NCBI GenBank assembly: GCA_040954595.2
Contig: CM082588.2
Span: 5,148,156 to 5,212,155 of the forward strand
DNA: 64,000 nucleotides
Reading direction: 5' to 3'
Source of the DNA: Balanoglossus misakiensis
Lineage: Eukaryota; Animalia; Hemichordata
Positions 50,801 through 64,000 of this stretch are shown piece by piece. The notes beneath the pieces were generated by a model, which saw nothing but the letters and a program-made list of their open reading frames with translations, searched no databases and was not told the DNA's origin. Within the stretch, counting starts at the first letter, position 1. Each line of letters opens with the position of its first letter. The position numbers and the translations under genes are program-made.

Positions 50801-53800
50801 GTGGTACACATTGAAACTTGATGTTGACTCCTCTATGTTTCAATTAATTTCTGCATCTCAATGAATCACAGCAAAATGTATTTGAGCTTTCTATGTGCCT
50901 CTACCGTGGAACTCTTGTATTACCGTGTCTTAGATTCGCTGTTTGGTGACTGTGCCGTTTGACCACAACAACCTGTTTAATTCAAACACAGAGCCACGCG
51001 CAGTTTTCAAGTTGTAGACTGTTTCAAATGAAGGTGCAAATCTATGATAAAAATACACACGGAGATTATGATGTTTATGTTACCCATTTATCTATCTGAG
51101 ATAATGTACACTTTTGGCTTTCATTTTAGTGTCCGGGTGATTTGCAACGGTAATTAACACCCACAGTGTTGTTAATGGTAATGATCCATTCCATTGATAT
51201 CATAGCAAAACGTTTTTCGAAAAAACGTTTTGACTATTTAAATTAGTATAGTTTACGTGCGGCCTTTTCGAGGACGAAACAATTTTCCGTATCCTTTTTA
51301 CGTTGCCGGTTTGCCACGTGATGCATGTACATTTCGGAAGTCCTTGATTTCTCACGAGTGTTGGGATTGAATTTCCGGGTAAACGATATAATGGCTTCTA
51401 TAAGAGAAGATCTCTCGCCGAATATGGAAATACTGGTCAAGGCTACATCTCGGAGGATTTTTGCTCTCACCAAGGAAACATATTCACTCTCTCGACTCGA
51501 ACGATATCTTGGGCACGTTACTTATCATGGGGGGGGGGGGGTGTTCTCCGATAATCTTGAACATTTCCGTCTCCACGAGGAAATGTCAACTATACTGCCT
51601 ATACTGTACGTTGCCACAAAAATCAAAATATATCCATTATACCCCAGAGGGTCATGTATAGGCCGCGATGTCGCTCAATAAATATTGATGCCACCCGTCG
51701 ATCATTTTCGAAAGCCTGCGGGTTTGAAAACTTGGCCTACTAAGATTTCTACGAATAGTACACGCAGTTGTCACCATAGAAAAAGGTTCGAATTCTCGCG
51801 AACTTTTCAAAATGTATTCATACGTCACAAAACCGGCTACTACTGGTATAAAAGAGATACAGGTCCACCACCTTAATTAAATACAACCAATTTGCACTAA
51901 AGTATGGACGATGACACCACCAGTCACATTTCATTAATATTTACGAAACATATTTTTAACAACACGGATGTCAAATAACCCGATGAGTTCGTGCCCGGGA
52001 CGATGTACTTTATTTCCAAATGGCGCCTGTCGGTAATATGTTGATATGATGTTTCGCATCACAAATTTTATTTTAACAAATTTGGTAGGCAGTTCTTGCT
52101 ACCTTAAAGATGTTTAACTTCAAATCTTATTTAGTCTCGTCAGAATACGGAATAATATATTTATTACTATAAGCCTTTATTTTGTTCTCATCATTTCAAA
52201 TACCATCTACACAAAATTTCATTTCCCTTGAACGAGTGAAGGAACTGCGTCATTTCACATTTCGATAATAAACACCAAGCTCCGTGTGAATTAAGAGTTG
52301 ATAATAAAATTAAAATCAGCCTAAAAGCAGATGGTAATCCAAACCTTGAAAAATTAAGCCCACTACAATTGAATTTCCTTTGATCTTTTTAAGGATGATT
52401 TTATTTGACACCATAATTCGATTATAGGTGCACTGAATTTGCTGCTCACACGAGACGGTTACATTTACTTCGGAAGGTAATGTATCCACAGTAAATAGTT
52501 TAGCTCTCCGAAACATGACGTCGTCGGAAGATATAAATATTTAAGTGGAGCCGGCGAAACTTTGTGTATTTGTCCGTCTGTATGTCAAACTCCTCCAGAC
52601 TACACGTTTTATTACATAAAATGTACGTTTGTCCAATATTGATCAGTAGAAGGTCGTCTGGCTGAATTTGGGATGTTAGGTCTTAGACAACCTGTGTTTG
52701 CTTTTATACTTAACCGGACATTGCACCTATCATGAGTTCCCAAGACAGACAGTATGACTGAGCAAACTCAAGAATGTTTTGAAAAACTCTCACTAACGAC
52801 TTGCGTGTGTTCGTCTATGAATGCGCTGTGCAGGAAAATGTGTTTCAGCGGAAATGGCGCTGTCCACAGTCATCCAGTGTTTGAGGGAAGAAGGCTATGA
52901 AGCCTCCACTCCAAACAGACAAATCACGATTTGAGAACAAGATGACATCTGCCACGTACTCCCCCTTGTTGTTGTCGTGTCTCGAACATGTACATCTGAC
53001 GTGTTTGTTCTGCGGAGTCACACAAGTGGAATCATCTGAGAGCACACTTGTATAAAAGCCCCTTCCCAATAAAATGCATTCGTTACAAAGCATCTGCTGG
53101 AATTACCTGCAAAGCAACTTTGATCCATTTTCAGTTGTCGTGTGTCTTCTATTCTCTTGGCGTTATTGCTATCATCGATACACAATAACATACATGGGTC
53201 GAATTGATTCTTGTATAATATTGAAAAAGATTTCTGTTATTAATAAATTCATATTCACAAGCCCTTTCACGTTTTTTTAATCTGTTCAGTACAATTAAAA
53301 ACAGCATCATATAACCTCAGCATAAAACTACTGTAAGCATAATTTAACACGTATATGTTATCCAGCGTTTTTGTAAAGATATTTTTATTTTCGTCATGAA
53401 TGTGTTATTGTACCTCTGGGCTGGCCACTTTAAGTAAACCTTCAGCTTCCCATGGGACTTGACTTCTCGGGGCCGCTGTCACCATAGAAATTTGTTTACA
53501 CGGTCCATATACCGTTTTTATCGCATTTGAAGCAAATCAGGTTGGAAAACCTGCATAAGCCGTTCTAACCTCTTGGGAATATGTTGGCGCTGACAACACT
53601 CGCGGTTCTAATTTTACTACCGTTCAGCACCATCTGCACGGAATATTGCTCGTGAGCGCGTGACACTCCATCGCGACCTGTGATATTTGCATGGCAATAT
53701 AATAACTTCTGTTGAAGAAGCTCTTGAACTCTCAATTCTTTCACGGCCACCATATTCAAATAACTTCGAGACCTGTTTACATGCAGCCAGTCTGTTCTTC

Positions 53801-56800
53801 CTGAAGGGCAGATGGATCTGGAGTAGTCTGTTTGCTGTGAGTCAATACTAGCGCAAATGTATATATATATCTGCGTATAAATGTGCATGTTTGACAGAGA
53901 GAGGTCGAAAGGCGCACACCAATTACACGGTCTAAAATAACCACTATATATGACATGACAAAGTAAAGGTTTGCACATCACGTTTTCAATATCCTGGCCA
54001 TATGTTTAATATCAAAGGCACCGTTGACTTTATTACTTTAATATGATATCAAATGTATGATGGCTAGATGGTACTCTGAATAACATCTTCCTATTTTTGC
54101 CGCCAACTATTTTTTTTCTTCAGGAACATGCATTCATTTTTGTTCACCTCGCGCTGTTGCATTGAACTTTTATTCATTATCCTTCCCGCCACCGAGGAAC
54201 CTTCGAAGTGAAAGTGCTGGGCAGGAAATTGGTCTCGGAAACCCCCTCTGAGATGCAATGGAATGTTCCCGTATTCACAAGCTGTGGCAACTATCGGAGC
54301 ATATTGAACGGGTGTGTGCTATGTGTGTATTCGCATTGTGTATACACAATATGTATATCTCTGCCTCAAAACATGTTTGCCGTCATTGGAATATGTAAAT
54401 TGAGCCATTGAGAGCATTGTGCGTTTTCTCGTCAATGCCGTGCGCGGTAGTAACATCTGATTAATTGTTTTGCATCAAACCCTTTTAATTTGGCAAGGAC
54501 GCGTCATTTTCTGTATATACACGTTCTTCGGACAATCTTAGGATATTGGGTCAGCGTGTTGTTTACCTGGCTACCGTTGCGACTGAAGCGCACTGGCAAT
54601 TGTGAGCTGCACTGATGAAATTTTAACGCCAGCTGGACATTAACAGTGACCGACGTTCTTCGTGTTTACCGATGTGTCATCGCCAATGAGAACACAGAAT
54701 CTACGAAGTAAAAGTCGTGCGTGTACGGTCATTGGTGCATTTAATGCAGGTGCAGGCCGCGAAGAATGGAAGGTTTTACTGGGGTCTGCTGTGACATTGA
54801 AGATTGACTGATAAATACCATCGCTATCAATATCATACGTGATAATTGAAACATTAACGGAACAACCAACAGCTCGCGGAAGCGTGAATCGCCAGTCAAC
54901 ACGTTCGGCGAATACGGTGAATTTCTGCAACTTTTTCCCCGGCAAACCACCAGGTAACCCGTCCCGAGCTTACTCCTTCATTGCAGTACAAGTACAGCGA
55001 GACTGTGTGAACATATCGGGATCAGACTGGCCCCACGCCGGTATAGTTGAAGCCAAGCCGCCGGTCGATGTCCACGCGCCACGCGCTTGATGTCACCCGC
55101 CGCTGTATACCGTACGTGGGCGTGCGCGCGGATATGTGACTGTTACCCAGATAAAAAGACCCACTGTGCAAGTAGAGTACCTTTTACCTTTGCCAACTAG
55201 TATCCCGCTTTCAACACATCATTGGCGTCGTCTCGAATAGCCATGGGCGATCTCAGCACGCAGAATTATTCATCGTTTATCCACTATGCAGGGGTCCATT
55301 CCGCGTTAGTCTTGTTACTCCATCTAACAGGTGAATTGATCGTTTTTATTTTCTATTACCCTAGTTTGCATTCACTCATTCTAACACGGTAAAGTCATGT
55401 CGTAATTTCACATTATGTATGTGGAAATACTATACCAAACATCGTCGTTGGCAATGAATTTTGACCGAGTTCAAAAATATTTTCCATTAGTCTTTATTTA
55501 CTGTCACAAATATCAGATAACCCGATTGGAATTATTGTGTGATAACTGTATACGGATAGCCAAAGCAAAACTCTCAGTATGGTACACATACTACGCACCA
55601 GCTGCATTCGTCGTTTTGTTTTGTTCATGCCATTATCACGAAATAATGTACCAATCGTGTTAGATACTTATCTCATATCCAGGAAAAAAACACCTCTTTG
55701 TTGCTTGTTATTTCAAACTCCTAGAAATGTGCTCTCGACTCACCCAAAGCAACATATTTTGCAAGCTCTGTAGTGATCTATGTCCAATGAGGAGCGCAAT
55801 ATTGCGATACCTCTATTCATGTCCGGCTACGCGACAGTTTACATGAAATCTTGACAGTATGAATAGACCTTTCGCGAATAAACCAGTTTGCCGATGTTGG
55901 ATCCTTTTCAGTCTTTTTGATTGCTACCTCAATGTGGATTTTTTTGCATGTAATCACATTCAGCGTTATAAAGAATGCGAAGGTGGGGCAGACTATTGTT
56001 CCGTGGTTTCCCGTCAAGCTTGTTCCAACTAAAATTGCTAGTTGAATCGTTGGAAATGTTTATTTTTCAGCGATAAAGACATTTCGCTATTCACGTACAA
56101 TTCCTTGCAATATGTAGTGGTTTTTCAACGATGTAATATCGAATACTCTTTCATAGATGAGCAAGTTTTCGCGTGCCTGAACCACCTCTGTGTTAGTAAT
56201 TAAGGGCGAGTTTTGATGCCGTTGTTGTCGGCTTGACGAGGTACAATGCATAAGTTAATCGAAAGTCAATGTCTGGAAAATACATGCATAACATTATCCT
56301 GTATGTAACATTCGTGGCAATTGGTTGTGTGGCAACATGGATACTCAGGTATAACTGATGAATTCATTGTTTCGATGAGAAAAACACTCAAGCAATGATA
56401 ATCTTTACTCGCTATGCCCCCTCCCTCCCTCAACTACAAATCGTATGCAATTAATGTTCAGTATGCAGACTTAAACCAATGATTTGAGAAATAACCCGCT
56501 TACTCATCAACGCAGATGGTATTATGCAGAATCCATCGCTTGTGAGGTAGAGAAACGATATTTTAACACAATCTTAATTCACCAGTTTATAGACGGTCCC
56601 TCAGCCGAACACGATCTATTTCATCCAATTTTTACCAATTTGTAGTAACTTTCTGAAATTGCTTTCCCAGTTGATGCGCTTAACGAGCGGTTTCTGAGTA
56701 GCGTGCGTTTCCCTTTAACGAGAAATTGGTTCGTGTTACTGATACGATTTTCTGGACGATACATAAATGCACACACTGTACTAATCTTTGAGGATTTTGT

Positions 56801-59724
56801 CATTTTGTCATAAAATTTATGTATTTTGAATTCGAATTGTGTTTCTATATAAGAATAAATACAACCAAACCTGGCGCCAGATAACCGCTTTATTGAGTGA
56901 CAAAGGAGTCAGATAATCCGAGCTACAAAAAATATGTATACAAATTCGAATCCGGTCGTGTTTATAAAGGAATTGTTGAAAATATGCTATAATGGCGGGG
57001 GGAAAGTTGACTGATCGCAAGGACGTTCATGGTATTCTGTTTGCGAAGGTATACCGTTTAATTTTGTGAATGTCTATCTGCCTGTCTTCTCTTCTGCTTG
57101 TCCATCCCTTACGTGAAAACTTCATAACAGCCATATTTATATTTATGTCAGACTTATAATATTGTACATGTGCACACGTCTCAGCTCTCTGGGGCTGTCG
57201 ACCCTGCCCGACTCTGTTCTCTTGGCTCTATACATGTACCACACAATCGCCATTACTTTCGCTGTCGCCGTTTTTGGCTGCGCCCCCGCCCCTAGCCATG
57301 ACGGGCCATCCCTCATCCTGTGTTGCTACTGAGTGTTTGTCCCCTGCATACGTGTTTGTTAGCCCTGCCGTCGCCTACTCATTACAATTACAGATGGGCG
57401 GGGCTTGTGGGCAGGACCGTGGAGAACCATAATTTACCACTCAATAAATGATGATTCCACACCATTCCAACCCTCGATAGACATCCTGAAGTCTATTAAT
57501 TTTCCCATCATAACTGTCACATTGATGTCTGGCCTGCTCTGACCTCCCGTGTACAAACCGCCGATTCCTTGTCATTACGGATATTACAGCCGCCTCTAGC
57601 CGCCAATCGTAAAGTTATAAATCAGATCAGCAGATATCAGTCCTTTCTGGCCGTGACGTCAGCAAGTCCCCGGGATGCTTGCATGCTTTATAAAGGGAAT
57701 ATGCATTGTTGCTGAGAATAGCATCAAACATCCACAGAGAGCCTTTCACAGAACAGTTGTTACTTGGCGGTTTTTGGTCGCCCTGGTTGCTAGGAAACCG
57801 GTGTTTTGATGTTCATATTTTTATCCGTGTTGTTCGCGTTACCGAGCACTCGTTAAGGGATATTTTACGGTTGATGCACACAGGGTCTAGCCAAATAAAA
57901 CTTTTCCAGGCAATATGCAATGATTGTTCAGTACAAATTCTTTGTAATATGTGACATTTTGTACGATCGTGTGTTTGGCAGTGACCGAAATGGTGACAGC
58001 AATAAATCAAAATCGATACCATCTGCCACGTCCGTTGACTCTATAGTAGGACAAGGTGGCATGTATGTGACTGCTTGAAACCCGGGAAACGAGATGGTCG
58101 CCGCTCAGTTTTGCTATAGTCGCTGTCAGTCTGGGATAAGACTACATCCTTTTGGGTATTTTGTCGTCAGTTGGGCATGATTGGATTTGTCGCTAGTCGC
58201 TGTAACGAGATCTAATCAACCATCCAGTGGGTTTTCACTGCTATCCGGTCGTGCATTCACAAAAACATTATCTGATGTTTCCATCGCGTGTTTCGTGTAC
58301 AGTGAATACTAGTACTGTGTTTCCAACTCATAAAACGCCGGCCACTAATACTAGTATTGCTACCTAGCGGACCAGATACCGAAAACCCTACCACTATGCA
58401 AGAAGCACGCATGCGTTGTTATGATCACAAAATAAGTGTATTGAAATTCTATAGGTATATCCAGCATACGCTTGGTTTTGCTTGGATCAGCTTCACAATT
58501 TGATGTACACAGACAAATATGCGTGACACTAAGTACGTTAGCGAGTCGAAAATGCATGATTTCCGTACATGTACCAATTTGACGAAGGTTGCTTCATAAG
58601 TATTTGGATAACAGTAAGCCATCGAGCAAAATCTTCTCAAGTAAAAGTCTTACATACAAGATATGAGATTCTGCTCAAGAAAGCAGTTATTTCCTGTGGT
58701 GCTCTGGGACCTTACGAAGGCTCGATATTAATGTACAATACCTATTTGCGTACTTAGGGGGTTAAAGGTCCTACGCAAATGTCCCATCTCGGGAATTTGA
58801 GAAAACGCGCTCGCGGCAAGCCAAGCAGCTGTCGAACTCGGTACCGGTAGCGAACAGAAGCCGTTAATTTCCATGTCACACGGATAGCGCAAACGCTGAA
58901 AGCGGTCACGGATAAACACCATTAATTTCAACACAGATACCGCAATTCATGCATCGCTAATCGTGCATGTACTCTCACTGTTCTCACGGTGACTGGGCCT
59001 GATATACGTGTATGTCCTGTGTTGTCATATCCATGAAGTGTTTATTGCGAGGGCCGGAATTGGTAATGAACCATGTGTTCTCAAATACGACTTTTTTATT
59101 GCAATAAGAAAATTGACATTTTATTTCACCTTACGTCATCAGTACTGCCGTGTACCGTCACTCACTGGTGAAGTAATGTTACGTCACTGAAGTGTTTCAA
59201 CATGGCTATTGTCTGTTGTTTCAAAAGAATTTTTCAAATACAATCCACCAGGTGCAGTTGCCTTAGTATATGCAAATACATGCACGATATCCTCCGGCAG
59301 TTTCTCGTTGAAAGAGGTCGGGCGCTGAGAGCAGTTTGGGGCATGCCAGGCACACGGGAATGCTAATCAACGAATCGCTCTCCCTTCCTCACGGAGCGTC
59401 CAGGGCTGATTAAGACTGGCCGCATGTCGGTCATCGCTCCCTTCAGAGGCTATTTCAAGTGCGTGTTTTCTTCGCCCCAGGCCCGGGCGGCGCGGTGTTC
59501 AGCGCTCCGTCGAAGTGTATTAACCCCGGGACCCGTTCCTCTTTTGGTAAAGCCGGGAATTGGAGAGGTCGAGTCCTTCATTAGACATTGCTCTAAAAAT
59601 ACACAGCTGCCAGCGAGCCTGGCGGGTGTTTAACTCGCCTGTGACAGCGGGGATTGCCGATTGAAGGTGAGGTCCTCGTTGGTTTTTACATTATACACAT
59701 ATCTGACAAAAATGTTCAGTTTTG

Positions 59725-59765
59725 GTTCACGCATAGACAGTAGAAGAAGCTGTCTATGGTTTCCG
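59725..59765. mobile_element. Second P-like remnant with the same termini
   Basis: CATAGACAG-TAGAAGAAG-CTGTCTATG (59732-59758) flanked by GTTCACG and GTTTCCG (5/7 identical; read as a decayed TSD). Confidence 0.55.
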
Positions 59766-61995
59766 CGATGACTTATTTACGCTATTTTGCCTTGTAAAGT
59801 CCCGGAAAGTTGGCATATAGCGTCTGCGCTCATCCCCTTTTATATTTAACCCTTAATGTAAGATCCTTCGCTTCTGATTTAAGATATAACTCTCGGGGAA
59901 CTCTCAATATCGCATCGCCTGAAACAAAATCCTCAAAGTACAGCTACTGCATTCATGGCTGTTTAGAGCGTAGGTTATACATACATGTATATGGCAATGT
60001 ATAGTTATTCTATAGTGGCATCGAAATTCATTGGGCTCCAGAGACAGACGTGGGCTTGTTCTGATGCATTTATCCAGCGTTAGAAATCCTTGGAAAACAG
60101 CGTCTTGATCTCTCACGTGCAACGACAAGTAAACCAAGCAAATCCGGCGAATACACACCGTGACGTGAATTTGCCCTGAACGCCGCACACTCATCAATGT
60201 CCCGCGTCGCCGGATCGCAGATTTGCCTCATCATCATTCTCTGTGTTATACGCTTCTAAATTCTCCATATCTTTGCAGAGGTGATCCGCGGGGTGTAATT
60301 TATATATGTTTACTTGCTATATTCGTTCAGACTCCTCGCAGACCAAATGAAGAAGTATAGCCGCAACTTGAATCTTGTCACGAGCCCTTCGCAGTGACGT
60401 CATTGCCGATAAAATGACCAGACTACTTATCGATTGTTGGTAGAAATATAAGCTGACGCGGTCCCATGTTACAAGCAGTAGGTAAAAACTTCAGAGTTAA
60501 CTTTCTTTCTTTTTAAAACAATATTTCGGGTTCGCTTGTTATCTATATTTTTATTGCACATAAGATTTCGGGCACTTGAAAAACGTCAAATTCTTAGCGA
60601 CAGAAGGACACATCCAACGATCGCAAACGATCGAGAGAGCTGGTAATTAACAGATATGTCAGCACGATACAATGTGAGCTATTGATCTACATCAAACTTG
60701 ACAGATGCACAGTTCTTAAAAATGACATTTGATGAGAACCTGCTGACTATTAATTTGCACAAGTACTCCGGATGTGCCATAAATCATGGCCATCGCTGTA
60801 CGCTCCCCATCCGTTATAGTCAGACCGTTTGCAGCGTTAACTCGCTCGTTCCCAGTGCTACACAAAGCATTCAGAACTCTTTATTAGATCGAGGGATTCA
60901 TAGGAAATAAGGGAATTGTAGTTTGACTCGTAAATCTCGAATTATAACCTATTCGTCATCGCCAAACAGCCGTCGATTGGTCGATCCATTACCTGGCATC
61001 TCCTATCAGCTGAAACCCATACTGTGTTATTCTGCATGGCGTTGCAGGGACCCCTTCCCGTTTCGCCTTTTGGGGGTGTTAATGGAGCATATCAAAAGTG
61101 CTCTGAAAAAACTCCTGTTAGATTGTGAAGAGATGTTTTATGGGAACTGGCACGAAACGGTGCCATGTTGTGAAAAGATCCAATACAGATTGTCGTAAAA
61201 CGGATAGATCAAGATGGCGTTCGCAATGAGAAAGAAACTCGCTGGCATAAAACGTGAGTGCTTGCCGCTTTCGAGTCTCAATTCATAATGAGATATTTGC
61301 CCTAGTTGTAAATAGAATAAGTGTATTTGCTCTAACGTTGTAAATAATAGGGTTTGTCATTTAAGTAGATTTGAATGCAGCCTGTGAGTAACATATGCTG
61401 CCTGTTTCCCTTGCTGTCAATATAAATGCATCGCAATTCGTTCACTAAGTATCTTTTCTACATCCAATGAATACCCCAACATGAAAGAATCAAGAAATTA
61501 TTCATGAATGTAAAATAGGCTCCGGAAGTTATCCGCCGTCGCATTACTACAGAAAGCGCGCGGCAACCAAGCGTGCCTTCAATGGAAAATGCTTTTCGCA
61601 TTCAGAATCTTTTTTGTTCTTGGTTATTAAAGATTGATGTGTCAAGGCAGGATCGTGTGATTTGTTCAGAAGTACAACGACAGTGATGTGTATACAATCG
61701 GACAAAGCTCAGTTCCTTCCTCGTTCCCTTTCCCGGTGCGGGTGACGCGGCTCGGCGCGGCGCGGCGCACACAGGTGATCGTGAATGCTGAACGTGTCGG
61801 GGCTTCCGACTCGACTTGTGAATGAAAGATTCTGTACACAAGGGCTCAACCGTTTCATCTTTTCCGCCCTTCGCTTTTCGTTCTCGTCTCCCCGGCGGCC
61901 GCTACCCCCTCGTCGCCGAGGCAAGTCAAGACGACTTACAGACAGCCAGGTTCCCTTGTCGATTGAGGACATGTTTCGAACCAACAAAATTAAAC

Positions 61996-62029
61996 GTTGA
62001 ACCATAGACAGTACTGTCTATGGTTGAAC
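61996..62029. mobile_element. Minimal P-superfamily-like remnant or excision footprint
   Basis: Perfect 20-bp palindrome CATAGACAGTACTGTCTATG (62003-62022) flanked by an exact 7-bp direct repeat GTTGAAC. Confidence 0.65.
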
Positions 62030-64000
62030 CCACTGGTCGTCACCTGCCTGGTGGAAGTGCAAGCGACCCTTCCATTTTGACAAGTTGGAGGAGGGGTGGG
62101 GGCGAATATTCAAAATTCCCATGCACCCACTCACTTATTCAACGACACGCATATATAGGATTGCATTTTCCGCGGGATTTTCCTCCACGCTGTCGTCTCT
62201 TATTGTACCTGATCTTCGCTACCTGCCCATGTTTCCATCACTAGGCATAAACACGATGTAAAAAAAAATCAATGTTGGTTTGTATCGGCTGTGCACATTG
62301 TGAAGTTTAACATGAAAACAGTTTTGCTTGTTGAGTAAATATCTCAATACTCAAGCTTGATGCATGTTATGGCAGCAAACCGTTCCTCTCTTTTCTCTCC
62401 TTTCTGTTTCCATGACGATGGCACGCAAATAAACCAGATGGTACCGGTTGGTTTATTCTTCACCATCCTGTTTGAGTCAATAGAACTCACGCAGAACGAG
62501 ATCATGAACTGGAGAGGATTGATGTTGGTTTTGCGAACAAAAACAACAGTAAACAAAACAGCTTTGTGAAATGTTACCATAGATGGTGCGGTCAAATGCA
62601 TTAGCAAGCCCACGTCTGTATCCATTACATTTCATTTGCACCCGGCGCTTTTTTTCGCTGAAAGACGACAGAGGCAGTCGATCCTCATCCGTCAATTACT
62701 GGAACATTTCAGTCTAAGATGGAGATTAAAAGCTTGCGTGCAAGCGAAGACAAAATAAAAAACATACTACGAAGTAATGCAATCTTTGTTTGACCAAAAA
62801 GCTTCAGATTATCAACGTTGACAGATCGTCACCTCTATAAATGTTCAGAATTCTCTCAGTGCCGACTTGAAAACAAATATTGCTTTCAAACTACTATATT
62901 CATTCCTTCAGAAATCACACTCTTCTGGAGCCTTCACGGACTATACAATGGCTGAAACTATCGTACAGTCCAAATTTCTACTATACACGTATAATGTGGC
63001 ATTTCATGGTGCTCTGAATTCAGCTCAGTGTACTTGCAGATATACAACTGTACGTGAATAAATATAAAAGCCTCTAAAGAATCTAACAAGATTACCGTTT
63101 TGAATTTTGTGTACCAATGAAGTGTAATGTTCTTATTTGTTCTCGGGGGTGGATCAAGTCGGATATATCGCTGTACATGGTGAGAGTTTTAATATTTTCA
63201 GGTGCACGTTGCGTTTCCCCAGAATATCACCAGAAGCATAGAGATTATCACAGTTGTAGCGTGTCAGGGGTCGGTTAAGCTCCAGGGCGGTACCTATGTT
63301 ACAGACAAAGATTCAAATACGAAAAATGGCGAAGAAAATCAACTTTTTTGTGTAAGAACCATGAAAGCACAGCACTTGTATTTATGATCTGTCTCCGGGT
63401 TTGGTTCATAAGGCTTTCAGGTCACGTCATAGCTCAGGATGCGAAATACACTCTTTCCAAGAAGCTGGACAAGTTCCAGTTATTTCATTCATATTAGTGC
63501 CTATAGGCTAGTTTGTAATGATCATTACAATGCCCGTGGCCGCCTGTCATTCAGATGAAAAGATTTACCGTTAGGTGTATAGTTACACAGGAATAATTGA
63601 TCCGAAAAGAATCTCATTACAGCGTAAGCCGCAAGTGGTTTTGCATAACACTTTGTTGTTTTGACATACACTAATACCGCATATAGTATGGCCCAGTGAC
63701 AGCCACGGATTCACATGCACTTGCACTGATCTCAATATCCCAACCTTACTTAACAATTCGGTCCGAACAGTAGACAGGTTTTATTACACACTTGTGTGTC
63801 CACGAACAATCGTTGACTTGATTTGAACAGGGAAATCTGGCATGTGAATTTTGCAGTCCGGTCAGGCGAGGCTTGTACGCACCGGTTTCCGAGGTTCTTG
63901 AGAAAACTGACGACAACAAGATACATTTAGATATAGACTTTATGCGCAAGAAACGCACCGAACACGACCCTATCTGTGAACTGATCACCGATATCTTGAA

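Noticed and set aside
44517-51876. TTAAGGTGATG ... CACCACCTTAA as ends of one 7.3-kb Kolobok-like element
   Set aside because: Only ~11 bp of inverted similarity and no transposase ORF between them; more likely separate short remnants or chance.
54987-55040. Symmetric phase-1 candidate exon (VQVQRDCVNISGSDWPHAG) for the TNFR-like gene
   Set aside because: Weak donor G|GTATAG and no recognisable domain; such pseudo-exons are expected in 30 kb.
59481-59546. Symmetric phase-1 candidate exon (GPGGAVFSAPSKCINPGTRSSFG)
   Set aside because: No TM segment or homology; the region looks like CpG-rich regulatory DNA.

Overview
Eukaryotic (metazoan) genomic DNA, roughly 40% GC by eye, with GT-AG spliceosomal introns. 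Exon structure and repeat style suggest an invertebrate deuterostome such as a hemichordate or amphioxus (inference). Almost all entries in the ORF track are non-coding noise. Three genes are supported. (1) CEP97 on the minus strand: coding exons 1-5 lie between 30380 and 6088, two introns are ~10 kb, and the gene continues off the left edge. (2) A complete 5-exon RPL24 (157 aa) on the plus strand, 30490-32192, head-to-head with CEP97 with only 109 bp between the two ATGs. (3) The first coding exon (33975-34215, +) of a signal-peptide protein with one six-cysteine domain spaced exactly like the Fn14/TNFRSF12A CRD; no further exon could be assigned in the following ~30 kb. Non-coding features include a TAA-flanked PIF/Harbinger-type MITE, a degenerate TTAA-type MITE, two tiny P-like palindromic scars with 7-bp target duplications, a nested 110/32-bp tandem repeat, microsatellites, many RFX X-boxes, a strong excess of TACATGTA, and a visible switch from CpG-poor to CpG-rich DNA at about 33 kb. 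No rRNA, intact tRNA, CRISPR array or autonomous transposon was seen.
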